From NCBI GenBank assembly GCA_027483065.1, contig JAIXVI010000304.1:1-58139 (forward strand): a stretch of DNA of 58,139 bases. The letters are read 5' to 3'. The position numbers and the translations under genes were made by a program. This stretch comes from Planctomycetaceae bacterium. GTDB taxonomy: Bacteria; Planctomycetota; Phycisphaerae; Phycisphaerales; SM1A02. The notes under the pieces were generated by a model, which did no database searches, was not told where the DNA came from, and saw nothing but the letters and a program-made list of their open reading frames with translations. Shown piece after piece: positions 43,829 through 54,441 of the stretch; positions within the stretch are counted from its first letter, which is position 1; each line of letters starts with the position of its first letter.

Positions 43829-46177
43829 TCACGGGCAGCCGCCCCACGCACTCAAGATCGAGGCGAGGTCGGCAGCATCGACTTGGCCGTTGCCGTCGAT
43901 GTCAGCCGCGCATCCGCTGCATGAGCCCCACGCGCTGAGGACCGAGGCGAGATCCGACGCATCAACCGTACCCGAGCCGTCAAGGTCTGCCGGGCATGGC
44001 ACAGAGTCTGGTTCACAGCTCACCGTCAACGTACCCGTACCACCACTGTTCACCTTGCTTCCGATGCGGATGAAGTACTCCGTACCAGCAGTGACTTCCG
44101 CGATGAGTTCGGTCGTGGTGGTGGGTGCGCACGCGAAGCTGTCGTCGTTGCATGCGAAGACCGGCGTCGCAGCGGTTGGGCAGGTCGAGCCCGCGTACAT
44201 CACGAGGCGCGTATCAAAGCTCGCAGCGCCGCACGTCGAGAACGTTGCGAAACCAGTGCATGGCGCCGTCCAGCGGTACCAGAGGTCGTTGTAGCAATTG
44301 ACGCCCGCACCGTCGAAGCAGCTCGCTGCAACGGACGGAGTGCTGTCGCCAGCGGTCGTCGTGTTGAACGAAACCGTTGGGGTCGAAATCACGAGAGCGC
44401 CCGCGCATTCATCGTTGGCTGGTGGCGGCGACGTGGTCGTCACAGTCATCGAGTAGTCGTTGCGGGTATCTGCCGCGAGATAGACGCGCATCAAGAGCGT
44501 CGAGCCCGAAGTCGAATTCGTCACGGAGAAGACTTCGTTGTTCGTGTTTGCGTTGCGGTCTGCGAGGACGGTGCCGCCGCAGGTTCCGAACACTTGGACA
44601 TCGATGTCGCCGTTCGCGTGGGTGAACGTCATGTTCACGCTCATGCTCGCGCCTGGCGCGACTGGGATCGAGTACCAGTCTTCATCGAGACGCTTCACAA
44701 CGCGCGCGGCGTACGCAGTGCCTGGGGTGATCGCCACGGCGGTTGCGCAGGTGTCGTTCTGCTCGAGGTCGTCGTCCGAACCCGCGGCGAGCAGTGTGCC
44801 GAAGCCACCGGTGGTGACCGCGAGATCCCAGCGGCCGTAGCCGTCGTCGGCTTGCGGCGTCGAGCAGAAGCTTGCGCCGCACGTGAGCACGCCGTACAGC
44901 TTCTTGTCGGAATCGCGATAGATCGCGCTACCCGACGAGCCGCCTTCGGTGACACCCGTGGTGGTCACGCCGTATTGCGTCGCTGGGTTCCACGAGAGGC
45001 TCGACCAGTTGCTGGTCGGGCTGCCGCAGTTGAAACCGTTCGCGTTCTTCACGCCGAACGAGATGCGTTGGTAGCTGCCATCTGGGTGGTGCAAGCCAGT
45101 CGAAGGCGTATTCGTCGTCACCGACGTTCCAAGCCAACCAACCCAGTAAACGCTCGCTGGCAGCGTCGGGCGAATCAGGAGCAGCGTGCAGTCGCTTGCG
45201 AATTGCGTCGCGGAGAGATCGGAGCCCGTGATGCTCGTTCCGGCTGCCGCCGTCGCTGCCGCCGAGCAGGTGTTGCGGCGATAGAAGAAGTTGAACTGGC
45301 AGCTGTTGGCAACCGAAGCGGTCGAGATGCAGTGATTCGCCGTGGAGACGTAGGGCGTCTCATCGGCAGCGGTCGTCGCCGTGAGTTGACCCGAGCAGAG
45401 CGAGCCGGTGAAGATCAGACGAACGGTACCGTTCGACTCGTTCGCCCAGTTGGGGAAGCAGATTGGGTCGAGGTGGCAGGTGCCGACGGCCACGCCGCCT
45501 TCCTCGTCACCCAACTTCCAGATCTCACGATAGCCGTGGTAGTACTCAACGCCCTCGAACGGAAGCGAAGTCACCTTCGCGCCCGTCGGAACGAACCACT
45601 CAATCATGGCTTCGTTGGTTGGCATCGACATGCTCCACGCTTCGCCCGTTCCGAACTCGCCGACGCCTTGGATCGGTCCAATGACCGAATCTTCCCAGCC
45701 TGGCGACGAGAGACGGACTTCTTGGCCTTCGGGCACGTTCAAGCCGGTGATGTGCAGTCGGCAGGTTGTCGCGTTTGCACTCGAGAGAATGACGCGCCAG
45801 ACGTGGCCGCCCTCGACGGGGATCCACTCGCCGTGTGCCATGTCGATCGCGACTGGCACGGGAATCGCGAAGCGCAGCGGCTTGCGATCTTCGGTCTGGC
45901 GGGTGATCTCGTCTTCCGCGAGGTAGAACTCGTTGTCTTGCAACTCAAGTGCAAGCACGGGCGCGGGAATGGCGTCGAATCCGTGGATGGTGGAGAGCGG
46001 CTCGAGTGCTTGCTGCGCAGCCCAAGGCGCGCCGCGCAAACCGTGTCCGTTTGCTTCGAGCACGGCGGGGACGTTGCCCGCCGCGAGCACAGGCTTGGTC
46101 TTTCCGCCGCCGTTCGAGGCGAACAGAGGGCTGCTTGCGAGAAGCAAGAAGGTCGTGGCGACCGTCAAATGGCGCAT
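43829..46177 (-). CDS. Secreted S1 serine endopeptidase (lysyl-endopeptidase-like) with PPC-like domains and a C-terminal dockerin-like tail
   Basis: TANHC (catalytic His context), GGSSGSAIY (catalytic Ser) and DEDWYSIPV (pre-peptidase C-terminal-like). The tail is DLDGSGTVDASDLASVLSAWG...DIDGNGQVDAADLASILSAWG. GGAG precedes the ATG at 46177. Confidence 0.8.
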   Translation of the reverse strand: MRHLTVATTFLLLASSPLFASNGGGKTKPVLAAGNVPAVLEANGHGLRGAPWAAQQALEPLSTIHGFDAIPAPVLALELQDNEFYLAEDEITRQTEDRKPLRFAIPVPVAIDMAHGEWIPVEGGHVWRVILSSANATTCRLHITGLNVPEGQEVRLSSPGWEDSVIGPIQGVGEFGTGEAWSMSMPTNEAMIEWFVPTGAKVTSLPFEGVEYYHGYREIWKLGDEEGGVAVGTCHLDPICFPNWANESNGTVRLIFTGSLCSGQLTATTAADETPYVSTANHCISTASVANSCQFNFFYRRNTCSAAATAAAGTSITGSDLSATQFASDCTLLLIRPTLPASVYWVGWLGTSVTTNTPSTGLHHPDGSYQRISFGVKNANGFNCGSPTSNWSSLSWNPATQYGVTTTGVTEGGSSGSAIYRDSDKKLYGVLTCGASFCSTPQADDGYGRWDLAVTTGGFGTLLAAGSDDDLEQNDTCATAVAITPGTAYAARVVKRLDEDWYSIPVAPGASMSVNMTFTHANGDIDVQVFGTCGGTVLADRNANTNNEVFSVTNSTSGSTLLMRVYLAADTRNDYSMTVTTTSPPPANDECAGALVISTPTVSFNTTTAGDSTPSVAASCFDGAGVNCYNDLWYRWTAPCTGFATFSTCGAASFDTRLVMYAGSTCPTAATPVFACNDDSFACAPTTTTELIAEVTAGTEYFIRIGSKVNSGGTGTLTVSCEPDSVPCPADLDGSGTVDASDLASVLSAWGSCSGCAADIDGNGQVDAADLASILSAWGGCP

Positions 46178-46342
46178 TCTGAATCTCCTAAAAGCTCTTT
46201 GGGTAGAGCGTATTCTGAGCCCCTGATGGGGCGAAAAGGGCGTTTCCCGCTTTGTTCGGGATAGGTGCTCGAAACCGCCAAGGAACGGAGGCGGCGGGAT
46301 TGAGCAACCTAACCCCATTCGCTTGAGAGGCAAGTTGGTTCC

Positions 46343-46376
46343 GAAAAACGCACAACCCCGACCGAGGTCGGGGTTG
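46343..46376 (-). terminator. Rho-independent terminator after atpD
   Basis: 10-bp stem caaccccgac / gtcggggttg with a 4-nt loop, followed on the minus strand by a T-run (plus-strand aaaaa at 46344-46348). Confidence 0.75.
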
Positions 46377-46419
46377 CGACGATTGAAACAATGGTTGCGT
46401 TCGCGGACGTGCGAGCGGC

Positions 46420-48005
<1,586 letters not shown>

Positions 48006-48225
48006 AGCCCTCGAAAAGACTTCTCGGGACTTCGTGACGGATTTCACGGAGGGTCGAGAAGATAGCGGCTTCAACGCGCGGCTGCAAAGCCAACATCGCT
48101 TCGATACGGCAGTTTTTCGGACGTGCGCTCTCGGGCAATGGCAAGAGTCGCGGCCGGTTCCCGCGATCGCGTCAGTCCTTCCCTCGCGCGTCTGTCGAAG
48201 TGTTGGTTTGTCGGCGCGTATCCGC

Positions 48226-48759
48226 TTAGCCGCGGGCGTCGAGGGTTCGGCCGACCGAAAGTCCCGTGGCAACCTCAACTCGATCCGCGGCGCGGGTGTA
48301 CATCGCGTAGGCGGCGGGAGCGGTGGGGCGAGCGGTCGAGGCAGCAGTCGCGGCGGCGGGTGCGTCAAAGCCAGCGCCACGTGCCACTGGTGAATCGACC
48401 TGTCCCGCGACCATCGAGGCGAAATTCGGTGCGAGCGCATCGGGGCGTCGACCAACGCGCATCGGGTTTGCGTCGGCATTTTCGCGCGCAAGCGGGGGAA
48501 CGATGGCACCAGACGCCGTGAATCGCGCGGCGTTCGAGGCCTGCGGCGATGCTGAATTGCTCGGCGAGTTGTTCGGTGCGGTTCCGCGGAGTTCGGCGCG
48601 CGCGTCTGGCTGCGCTTGCGGGCGGAACTGCGGGCGGATGCCCTGTCCGTAGGCCGTTGCTGCTTGCGCCGCGCGGAAGTTGAGTGGTGAAGGCGAGTCC
48701 ATTCGCGTGAGGGAAGATACCAATCGCGCAAGCCGTTGTTCGCTCATCGAGCTGTTCAC
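48226..48759 (-). CDS. Hypothetical Pro/Ala-rich protein downstream of the anti-sigma gene
   Basis: The ORF has genome-typical codon usage. The overlapping Arg-rich ORF (47985-48731) looks like a shadow frame. No motif recognised. Confidence 0.45.
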   Translation of the reverse strand: MNSSMSEQRLARLVSSLTRMDSPSPLNFRAAQAATAYGQGIRPQFRPQAQPDARAELRGTAPNNSPSNSASPQASNAARFTASGAIVPPLARENADANPMRVGRRPDALAPNFASMVAGQVDSPVARGAGFDAPAAATAASTARPTAPAAYAMYTRAADRVEVATGLSVGRTLDARG

Positions 48760-48855
48760 GCGTGGTTGCGAGAGAGAAATCTCTCGACCTCGGCAGGTCT
48801 TGCCTCTTCGCGCGCGTTATCGAGCCGCATCGACTCGCGGTGACTTACTCCCGAC

Positions 48856-49704
48856 TCACTCGCGATCGCTGAGTTCATCCACCGAACGATCAAGCGCGCG
48901 AATCGTCACGTCCTCTTGAAGTCGCGCCCAACGATCGGGGTTGTCTGCCGCTTCGGCGAGAAGCTCGGTTGCCGCGCGTGCGAGCGCCACGGTTGCGCGA
49001 TCTTCTGCGGGCAACTTGGGCAACACGCCTTCGAGCCGATCCACGAGTTCGTCGTAGCGCGCGGTCGCGATGAGTTCTTCGCGACGCGTGCGATCGTCGA
49101 ATGCGGTTCGACGCGCGGCTTCGAGGAGCACACTGGTTGCGTAAAGCGCTTGTCGATCGTCGGAACTCAACGAAGCGAGTTGCATCGATTGCTCAGACGG
49201 AGGCGCGACCCGTGCGATCGTGCTCGGAGCCGGGGTGCCGCCGCGAAGAATTTCACCAGGCCCGAGCGGCGCGAGCGAGGCAGGCGTATTGCCCGAGCGG
49301 AAGAACAGCGTGGCACCCGCAACGGCGGCGAGAACGGCAGCAACAGCCGCAATGCGCGGCATCCATCGGCGACGGTGCTCTGCGCCGACCGCTTCGAGGA
49401 CACCTGCACGGAACGCGCGGAGATCCATCGGGTTTGACGCAAACTCCTCGTCGATCTCGGCAATGTCCGCGTCGAGCGCGGATCGCAGCGTGCGATCCAG
49501 TGTTTCGGCGCGCTCGACGAGTGCGCGGCAATTCCCACAACCGACCAAGTGACTGTCCGCCTCGAAACGCTCGGCGCGGGTGAGTTCGTCATCGAGGTAC
49601 GCCGACAGCGCGGCCTTCATGCCGACGCAATCGATGGGCGCGTGCGTGCGATCATGCGAGTCGCCGCGGGTGTGGTGGTGTGAGTCGTCTCGATGAAGTT
49701 GCAT
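48856..49704 (-). CDS. Anti-sigma factor (zf-HC2 type, single TM)
   Basis: ALSAYLDDELT...SHLVGCGNC carries the H-x3-C-x2-C motif. A TM segment (IAAVAAVLAAVAGATLFF) follows. It lies directly downstream of the ECF sigma gene. Start is at 49704 or 49812; the latter would translate a 12-nt repeat. Confidence 0.7.
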   Translation of the reverse strand: MQLHRDDSHHHTRGDSHDRTHAPIDCVGMKAALSAYLDDELTRAERFEADSHLVGCGNCRALVERAETLDRTLRSALDADIAEIDEEFASNPMDLRAFRAGVLEAVGAEHRRRWMPRIAAVAAVLAAVAGATLFFRSGNTPASLAPLGPGEILRGGTPAPSTIARVAPPSEQSMQLASLSSDDRQALYATSVLLEAARRTAFDDRTRREELIATARYDELVDRLEGVLPKLPAEDRATVALARAATELLAEAADNPDRWARLQEDVTIRALDRSVDELSDRE

Positions 49705-49715
49705 GGTGTCCTGCC

Positions 49716-49775
49716 TTGTCGGAAATATTGTCGGAAATCTTGTCGGAAATCTTGTCGTCTTTGTCGTCGTCTTTG
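49716..49775. repeat. 12-nt tandem array x5 (ttgtcggaaatc / tcgtcgtctttg)
   Basis: Direct reading. Confidence 0.85.
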
Positions 49776-49818
49776 TCGTGCGCGGTCGCCGGTGAACGTC
49801 ATCCGGTTCCACGCGCTG

Positions 49819-50445
49819 TCAATACTCTGCGCGACGGGTCGCGTCTCGAACGCGCTGTGGGTTGAATTCGCTTGGTCGAACAGCGGAACTCGTGCCGTCT
49901 GCGCCTTCGGTTTTCGTGGCGCTTTCGCCCTCGAGTTCACCGAGCAGTGCGAGTCGTGCACGATTCAATCGGCTCATCACGGTGCCAATCGGCACGCCGA
50001 GATGTTCCGCAATGGCTTCGTAGGACAAGCCTTCGTTGACGCGGAGCATGATCATCGCGCGCTTGTCGGGGTCGAGACGTTCGAGTGCTGCCGAGATGCG
50101 CGACACGTCCTCGCGACGCTCGACGTCCGCTTCAGGCGCCGTGGCGCGCAAGTCGTGCGCGGAGCCTGATTCATCGATCAGCGTCCACGTGCGCTTCTTG
50201 CGGCGGATCAGGCTGATGGAGAGATTCGTAACGGTGGATCGCATCCAACTCGAAATGGCAGGCTCGCCACCGATCGGCGGGGTCTTCCACAAACGGACGA
50301 ACGCCTCTTGCACGATGTCTTCAGCGCGCTGGCGATCGCGGCAGATGCCGAAACTCAGGCGCACCAAACCAGGGGTGAGGCGCGTGACCCAATGCGCGAA
50401 CGCCCGCTCGGTGATCGGCTTTCCCACGGTGCCCGCGATCGGCAT
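49819..50445 (-). CDS. ECF-type RNA polymerase sigma factor
   Basis: AEDIVQEAFVRLWK (region 2) and LSYEAIAEHLGVPIGTVMSRLNRAR (region 4.2 HTH). Start set at ATG 50445. The ORF extends to a TTG at 50643. Confidence 0.85.
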   Translation of the reverse strand: MPIAGTVGKPITERAFAHWVTRLTPGLVRLSFGICRDRQRAEDIVQEAFVRLWKTPPIGGEPAISSWMRSTVTNLSISLIRRKKRTWTLIDESGSAHDLRATAPEADVERREDVSRISAALERLDPDKRAMIMLRVNEGLSYEAIAEHLGVPIGTVMSRLNRARLALLGELEGESATKTEGADGTSSAVRPSEFNPQRVRDATRRAEY

Positions 50446-50694
50446 CGCCGGTGGCACCGTGAGCGGAGCGTTCGAAGATGGCTTGGACGGGAGATCCTGC
50501 ACGGGTGCCTCGTTGGCTCGGGGGCGCGGTTCGGCCGCATGGAGCGGCCCGGCAATGACGTTTCGCGACGGACGATCATTCCGGGCCAAACTCGGCCATT
50601 CTGCAGAAACCCAACAGCGCGGGTTCAACGACGTCGCGCGCAATCTGTGACGCGACAGCCGGACGGGTCGTGTCCGGCGTGTAAGAGCAAGGCT

Positions 50695-51984
50695 TCAGCC
50701 GGGTGTGTACCCATAAGCCTTGGCGCTCTCAGCGGTTGGAAGTCCGCGGAGGTCGAGTTTCGGGTCGACGTCGATTGTCTGGGGCGTCTCGACGGTTCCC
50801 GGGAAGGGCTGCCCCGCGTCCCCAAGAAGGGTGAGTGCGGCCGGGAGTTCGGCGCTCCACCAGAGATTCCCGCCGAGCACAAAGCCCTTCGCGTTCGCGC
50901 CCTCGGCGACAACACCGATCCGCCGGAGCGCCCCTGGAGTCCACGCCATCAAACACTCACTCATGCGGAGCGCGGCTCCGGGCCGGCCCGCGGGTGGCAG
51001 CGCGATTCGGTAGATCTCTTCGTGCGCTTCTTGAAGCGTGACGTTGCGCACAGAGGCGTCGGCGACGCTTCCGACATCGAGCAATCGTCGGACACCGGTG
51101 ATTCGGATGTTGCTGATGGTCAGGAATCGCACGAGCGGTTCGCGCGAGGTCTGCGGCGTCGCGGTGGTTGCCTCGTTCGTTGCGTCGTTTGCTGCATTGT
51201 TCGCTGCATTGCCTTTGGGCGTGTCTTGTGAGGGAGCCGACGTTGCAGCGTCAGAAGGCGTGCTTGCGTCGGCGCGGGTGCGCGTTGCGCTCACCAGAGT
51301 GCCTTCCGACGTACCAAGCTCAAATACGGTCACGAATGGCCCTGCGATTTGCAGCTTCTCGATCAGCGTGCTCCAAACGCGTCCTTCCAGCCGCACCGCA
51401 ACACTCGGAGAGAGATCGGTGCGAGCGACAATTTGAACATCAGCAATCGTGACGGCATCGCAATCACCGATCGTGATGGCGGTGTTCTTGGGGTTCTCGA
51501 TGCGGCATCGGCGAATCGCGAGGTCCTTCACGCCGCGTGCAACAATCCCTGATTCTTCGGCAAGTCCCTTGGGTCCGACGATCAGCGCATCTTCGATGGT
51601 GATGTCCGCGGACGCGCCAGGCTTCGTCGATTCGATGAGAATTCCCGCGCGTCGTGGCGAGCGAGACAAGATGCGTTCGATGCGAATGTGGCGGCAATCG
51701 ACGAGCTTGATCGACTCGCGGTCGGCGGCAATCTCCGCGAGTTGGTTCGGTCCACTCGAGCGAATGACAATGGGCGCGAACGGTGCGCCGGATACGCCGG
51801 TCAAAACCGCCGGTTGATGGACACCTTGCGCGAGCACGATTTCGTCGCCGGGCTTCAACTTGGGTGCGAGCGTCTCCCATGAACTTCCTGGGGGCACGTT
51901 GTAACGATCGGCGCGCGCAGTCCGCACGAACAAAAGCGTCAGCGCGATGCTGGTGGTGACAATGAAGAGCCGGAGCAGAGGCAT
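50695..51984 (-). CDS. Secreted right-handed parallel beta-helix repeat protein
   Basis: Signal peptide (LLFVRTARA). Repeated short I/V-x-I/V-x-x-C/N motifs (VDCRHIRIERI, AIRRCRIEN, ITIGDCDAVTIADVQI) are typical of pectate-lyase-fold proteins. The family call is by pattern only. Confidence 0.55.
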   Translation of the reverse strand: MPLLRLFIVTTSIALTLLFVRTARADRYNVPPGSSWETLAPKLKPGDEIVLAQGVHQPAVLTGVSGAPFAPIVIRSSGPNQLAEIAADRESIKLVDCRHIRIERILSRSPRRAGILIESTKPGASADITIEDALIVGPKGLAEESGIVARGVKDLAIRRCRIENPKNTAITIGDCDAVTIADVQIVARTDLSPSVAVRLEGRVWSTLIEKLQIAGPFVTVFELGTSEGTLVSATRTRADASTPSDAATSAPSQDTPKGNAANNAANDATNEATTATPQTSREPLVRFLTISNIRITGVRRLLDVGSVADASVRNVTLQEAHEEIYRIALPPAGRPGAALRMSECLMAWTPGALRRIGVVAEGANAKGFVLGGNLWWSAELPAALTLLGDAGQPFPGTVETPQTIDVDPKLDLRGLPTAESAKAYGYTPG

Positions 51985-52002
51985 TCCGACATTGTCGCGC
52001 GG

Positions 52003-53067
52003 CTACAACGCGCGGTCGAGCGGACTCGCGCAAAAGCAGCGCAAGATGCTCGAATTCTCGTCGAGGAGCACTTCGCCTGGCTCGACATGCGCCGGTCGCA
52101 GGATGGTTGTGCCGGTTGGAGCGTTGATGACACCGGATGAAGTGCGCCATCGCGCGCGGCCTGCGAGTGTCATCCACACTTCGGGAACGCCCGTCGCGTC
52201 GATCGGAATTTCGCTCGGGGAACGCGCGTCGATCCACTCGATTCTGAAGAAATCCGAAGCGCAAAGGCGTCGCGTGGCGAGACCGCCAGCGACAAGTGGC
52301 TCGATCGAGTCAAACCGGACGAAGCCGGGCCGACCATCCGATTGCGCAGCCCCGAACTTCATGCAAGAGAACGCTTCGTCGAGATGGAGCGGGCGTTTTG
52401 GATCGTGGCGATCCCAGTCCCAGACGCGAAACGTCGTGTCGCTTGGTGTTTGCACTTCGGCTGCGAGAATTCCTGCGCCGAGCGCGTGACATGTGCCACT
52501 TGGGAGATAGACGCAGTCGCCGCGCGCGACGATGAAACTCTCGAGGTGTTCGAGCGCACGGCCGTGTTCGACTGCTGCGCGAAACTCAGCGGGCGTTGTC
52601 GATGCGCGAAGTCCGCGGTAGACGCGCGCGCCTGGTTGAGCCGCAAGCACAATCCACGCTTCGGTCTTGAGATGCGCGTTTCGGTGTGCGCGAACGTACG
52701 CAGCGTCGGGATGCACTTGGACCGACAGATTCTCCGCGGCGTCGAGGAACTTGATGAGGAGTGGAAAGCCACCATCAGGTGCTGGCGTCGCGACACCCAG
52801 GAGTTCGTCGCGGTGGAGTTCGCGAAGCTCTCGCAGCGTGCGCCCATCAAACGGCCCACCAAGTACGGTCGACTGACCGCCTTCGATGGTTGTTGGCAAA
52901 TCCGCGATTTCCCATGCTTCACCGATGGATTCGCCGATTCGTTCGCCGGGAAGCCCCGACTTACCGAGCTCACGTAAAAGCGACACGCTTGGGGATGGAC
53001 CCCAAGCGCGGGCTTTGTAGAGCGTGGTGAATCGCAGCGGAGGCAGCATGCGCAGTCGATCCTGCAT
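52003..53067 (-). CDS. manA: Type I phosphomannose isomerase
   Basis: GEAWEIADL and LLIKFLDAAENLSVQVHPD (zinc-ligand block) in a cupin-type enzyme of appropriate length. Confidence 0.75.
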   Translation of the reverse strand: MQDRLRMLPPLRFTTLYKARAWGPSPSVSLLRELGKSGLPGERIGESIGEAWEIADLPTTIEGGQSTVLGGPFDGRTLRELRELHRDELLGVATPAPDGGFPLLIKFLDAAENLSVQVHPDAAYVRAHRNAHLKTEAWIVLAAQPGARVYRGLRASTTPAEFRAAVEHGRALEHLESFIVARGDCVYLPSGTCHALGAGILAAEVQTPSDTTFRVWDWDRHDPKRPLHLDEAFSCMKFGAAQSDGRPGFVRFDSIEPLVAGGLATRRLCASDFFRIEWIDARSPSEIPIDATGVPEVWMTLAGRARWRTSSGVINAPTGTTILRPAHVEPGEVLLDENSSILRCFCASPLDRAL

Positions 53068-53072
53068 GCAAA

Positions 53073-53546
53073 TCAGATCGCCATGCCGGTGATCTGTGCT
53101 TCGAAGACGAGCTTTCCGCGAACGATGCCCTGCGTCTTCGAGATGAACCGACGTGGCGTCGCTTCGATCTCTTCGACGAGGATGAAGAACTCGTCACCCG
53201 GAACGACTTGTCCGCGGAAGCACGTGTCATCGCAGCGCAGGAATCCGAGGAAACCGAGCGCGGGGAAGCGCGTTCGGAAGAGCCAACTCGCGCACTGCGC
53301 GGTGGACTCGATCATCAAAACGCCGGGGTAGAGCGGGCGTCCCTTGATGTGATGCTCACACCAAAACTCGTCCGGCCGAACGTTCTTGATGCCGACACAT
53401 TTGCGAAGGTCCTCGCTCGCCCACACGATGCGATCGCACTGCCGCATTGGTCCGGTTTGCGGGAGGTATTCGTCGAGTCCTCTGCTGTCGCAAATCGTCT
53501 TGGTGAGATCGATCGCGGTGAGGTCAATCAGATGTTTACTTGCCAC
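53073..53546 (-). CDS. fabZ: 3-hydroxyacyl-ACP dehydratase
   Basis: WCEHHIKGRPLYPGVLMIESTAQCA (catalytic His and hot-dog helix), ~157 aa. Confidence 0.85.
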   Translation of the reverse strand: MASKHLIDLTAIDLTKTICDSRGLDEYLPQTGPMRQCDRIVWASEDLRKCVGIKNVRPDEFWCEHHIKGRPLYPGVLMIESTAQCASWLFRTRFPALGFLGFLRCDDTCFRGQVVPGDEFFILVEEIEATPRRFISKTQGIVRGKLVFEAQITGMAI

Positions 53547-53561
53547 GGTTCGTGGGCGGAA

Positions 53562-53747
53562 TTACTCCGCGCCGTCCTCGCTGCCGCGCATTTCAAGCAC
53601 CTTCGTGCGGATCTGCTGGGCGATGTCCTTGATGTCTTGCATCGACTTGCGAACGCGGGTGCCCGCGGCCTTGTTGCCGCCAACCGCCTTCTTCATGTCA
53701 TCCTCAACCTCGCGGACCTTGGCGCAGAGTTGCTCGTACAGTTCCAT
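53562..53747 (-). CDS. Histone H1-like nucleoid protein (Hc1-family N-terminal domain)
   Basis: The 61-aa ORF contains GGNKAAGTRVRKSMQDIKDIAQQIR. This resembles the GNKAAAQRVR core of chlamydial Hc1, recalled from memory. Confidence 0.65.
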   Translation of the reverse strand: MELYEQLCAKVREVEDDMKKAVGGNKAAGTRVRKSMQDIKDIAQQIRTKVLEMRGSEDGAE

Positions 53748-53817
53748 GAATCATCTCCGGGAGAAAGGTGACGGCCCCGCCACCATCACAACAGCATCAG
53801 GGGGCCTGTGAACTCGA

Positions 53818-54396
53818 TCAAGGTAGCGATATTGGGGCGCGAAGTGTCTTGACGACGCCGAGGATCGCGCGGAATTGCGGATGCGCGGCGTCGCCGAGGA
53901 TTTCGTAGCAGGCGCCGAGGACGCCCGACGGTACCGCGCCCGCGCGTTCCATCCGTCGAAAAGCAGGGGAAATCTGGTCTGATCGGCCCGCAGAGATAGC
54001 GTCCGTCAGAAGGTACGGCTGTCGACCGCTCGCGAGGAGATCGAGGACGGTCTGCTGCACGCAGACGTGGGCTTCGACGCCTGCGATGAGTACGTCATCA
54101 CAGCGGCGCGCGGAGAGAAGCGCGTCAACCTCTGGAATCAGCGCGCTAAAGCGGGTTTTCTCGAAGGTTGTGGCATGCCCAGCGGCCGCGGATGTGATCG
54201 GCGGCGCGCTGTGCCCAAGGCCTTTGACGTACTGCTCCGTGACAATCGCGGGAAGGCCCAGTACTCGCGCGGCTTCGAGCATTGCCGCGCAGTTGGTGAC
54301 CACGCGGTCCGCATCGAAAATCGTGGGGAGAAGCCGCTCTTGCACGTCGATGACGAGAAGCGCGGTTCGTTCGAGCGAAAGACGTGGAATGGGCAT
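53818..54396 (-). CDS. Isochorismatase-family cysteine hydrolase
   Basis: TALLVIDVQERL, DDVLIAGVEAHVCVQQTVLDL (catalytic Cys context). Confidence 0.8.
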   Translation of the reverse strand: MPIPRLSLERTALLVIDVQERLLPTIFDADRVVTNCAAMLEAARVLGLPAIVTEQYVKGLGHSAPPITSAAAGHATTFEKTRFSALIPEVDALLSARRCDDVLIAGVEAHVCVQQTVLDLLASGRQPYLLTDAISAGRSDQISPAFRRMERAGAVPSGVLGACYEILGDAAHPQFRAILGVVKTLRAPISLP

Positions 54397-54441
54397 CGTG
54401 GCTCTCGATTGAAAAGGTTCGCGCGACCAAACGCGGGGGCA

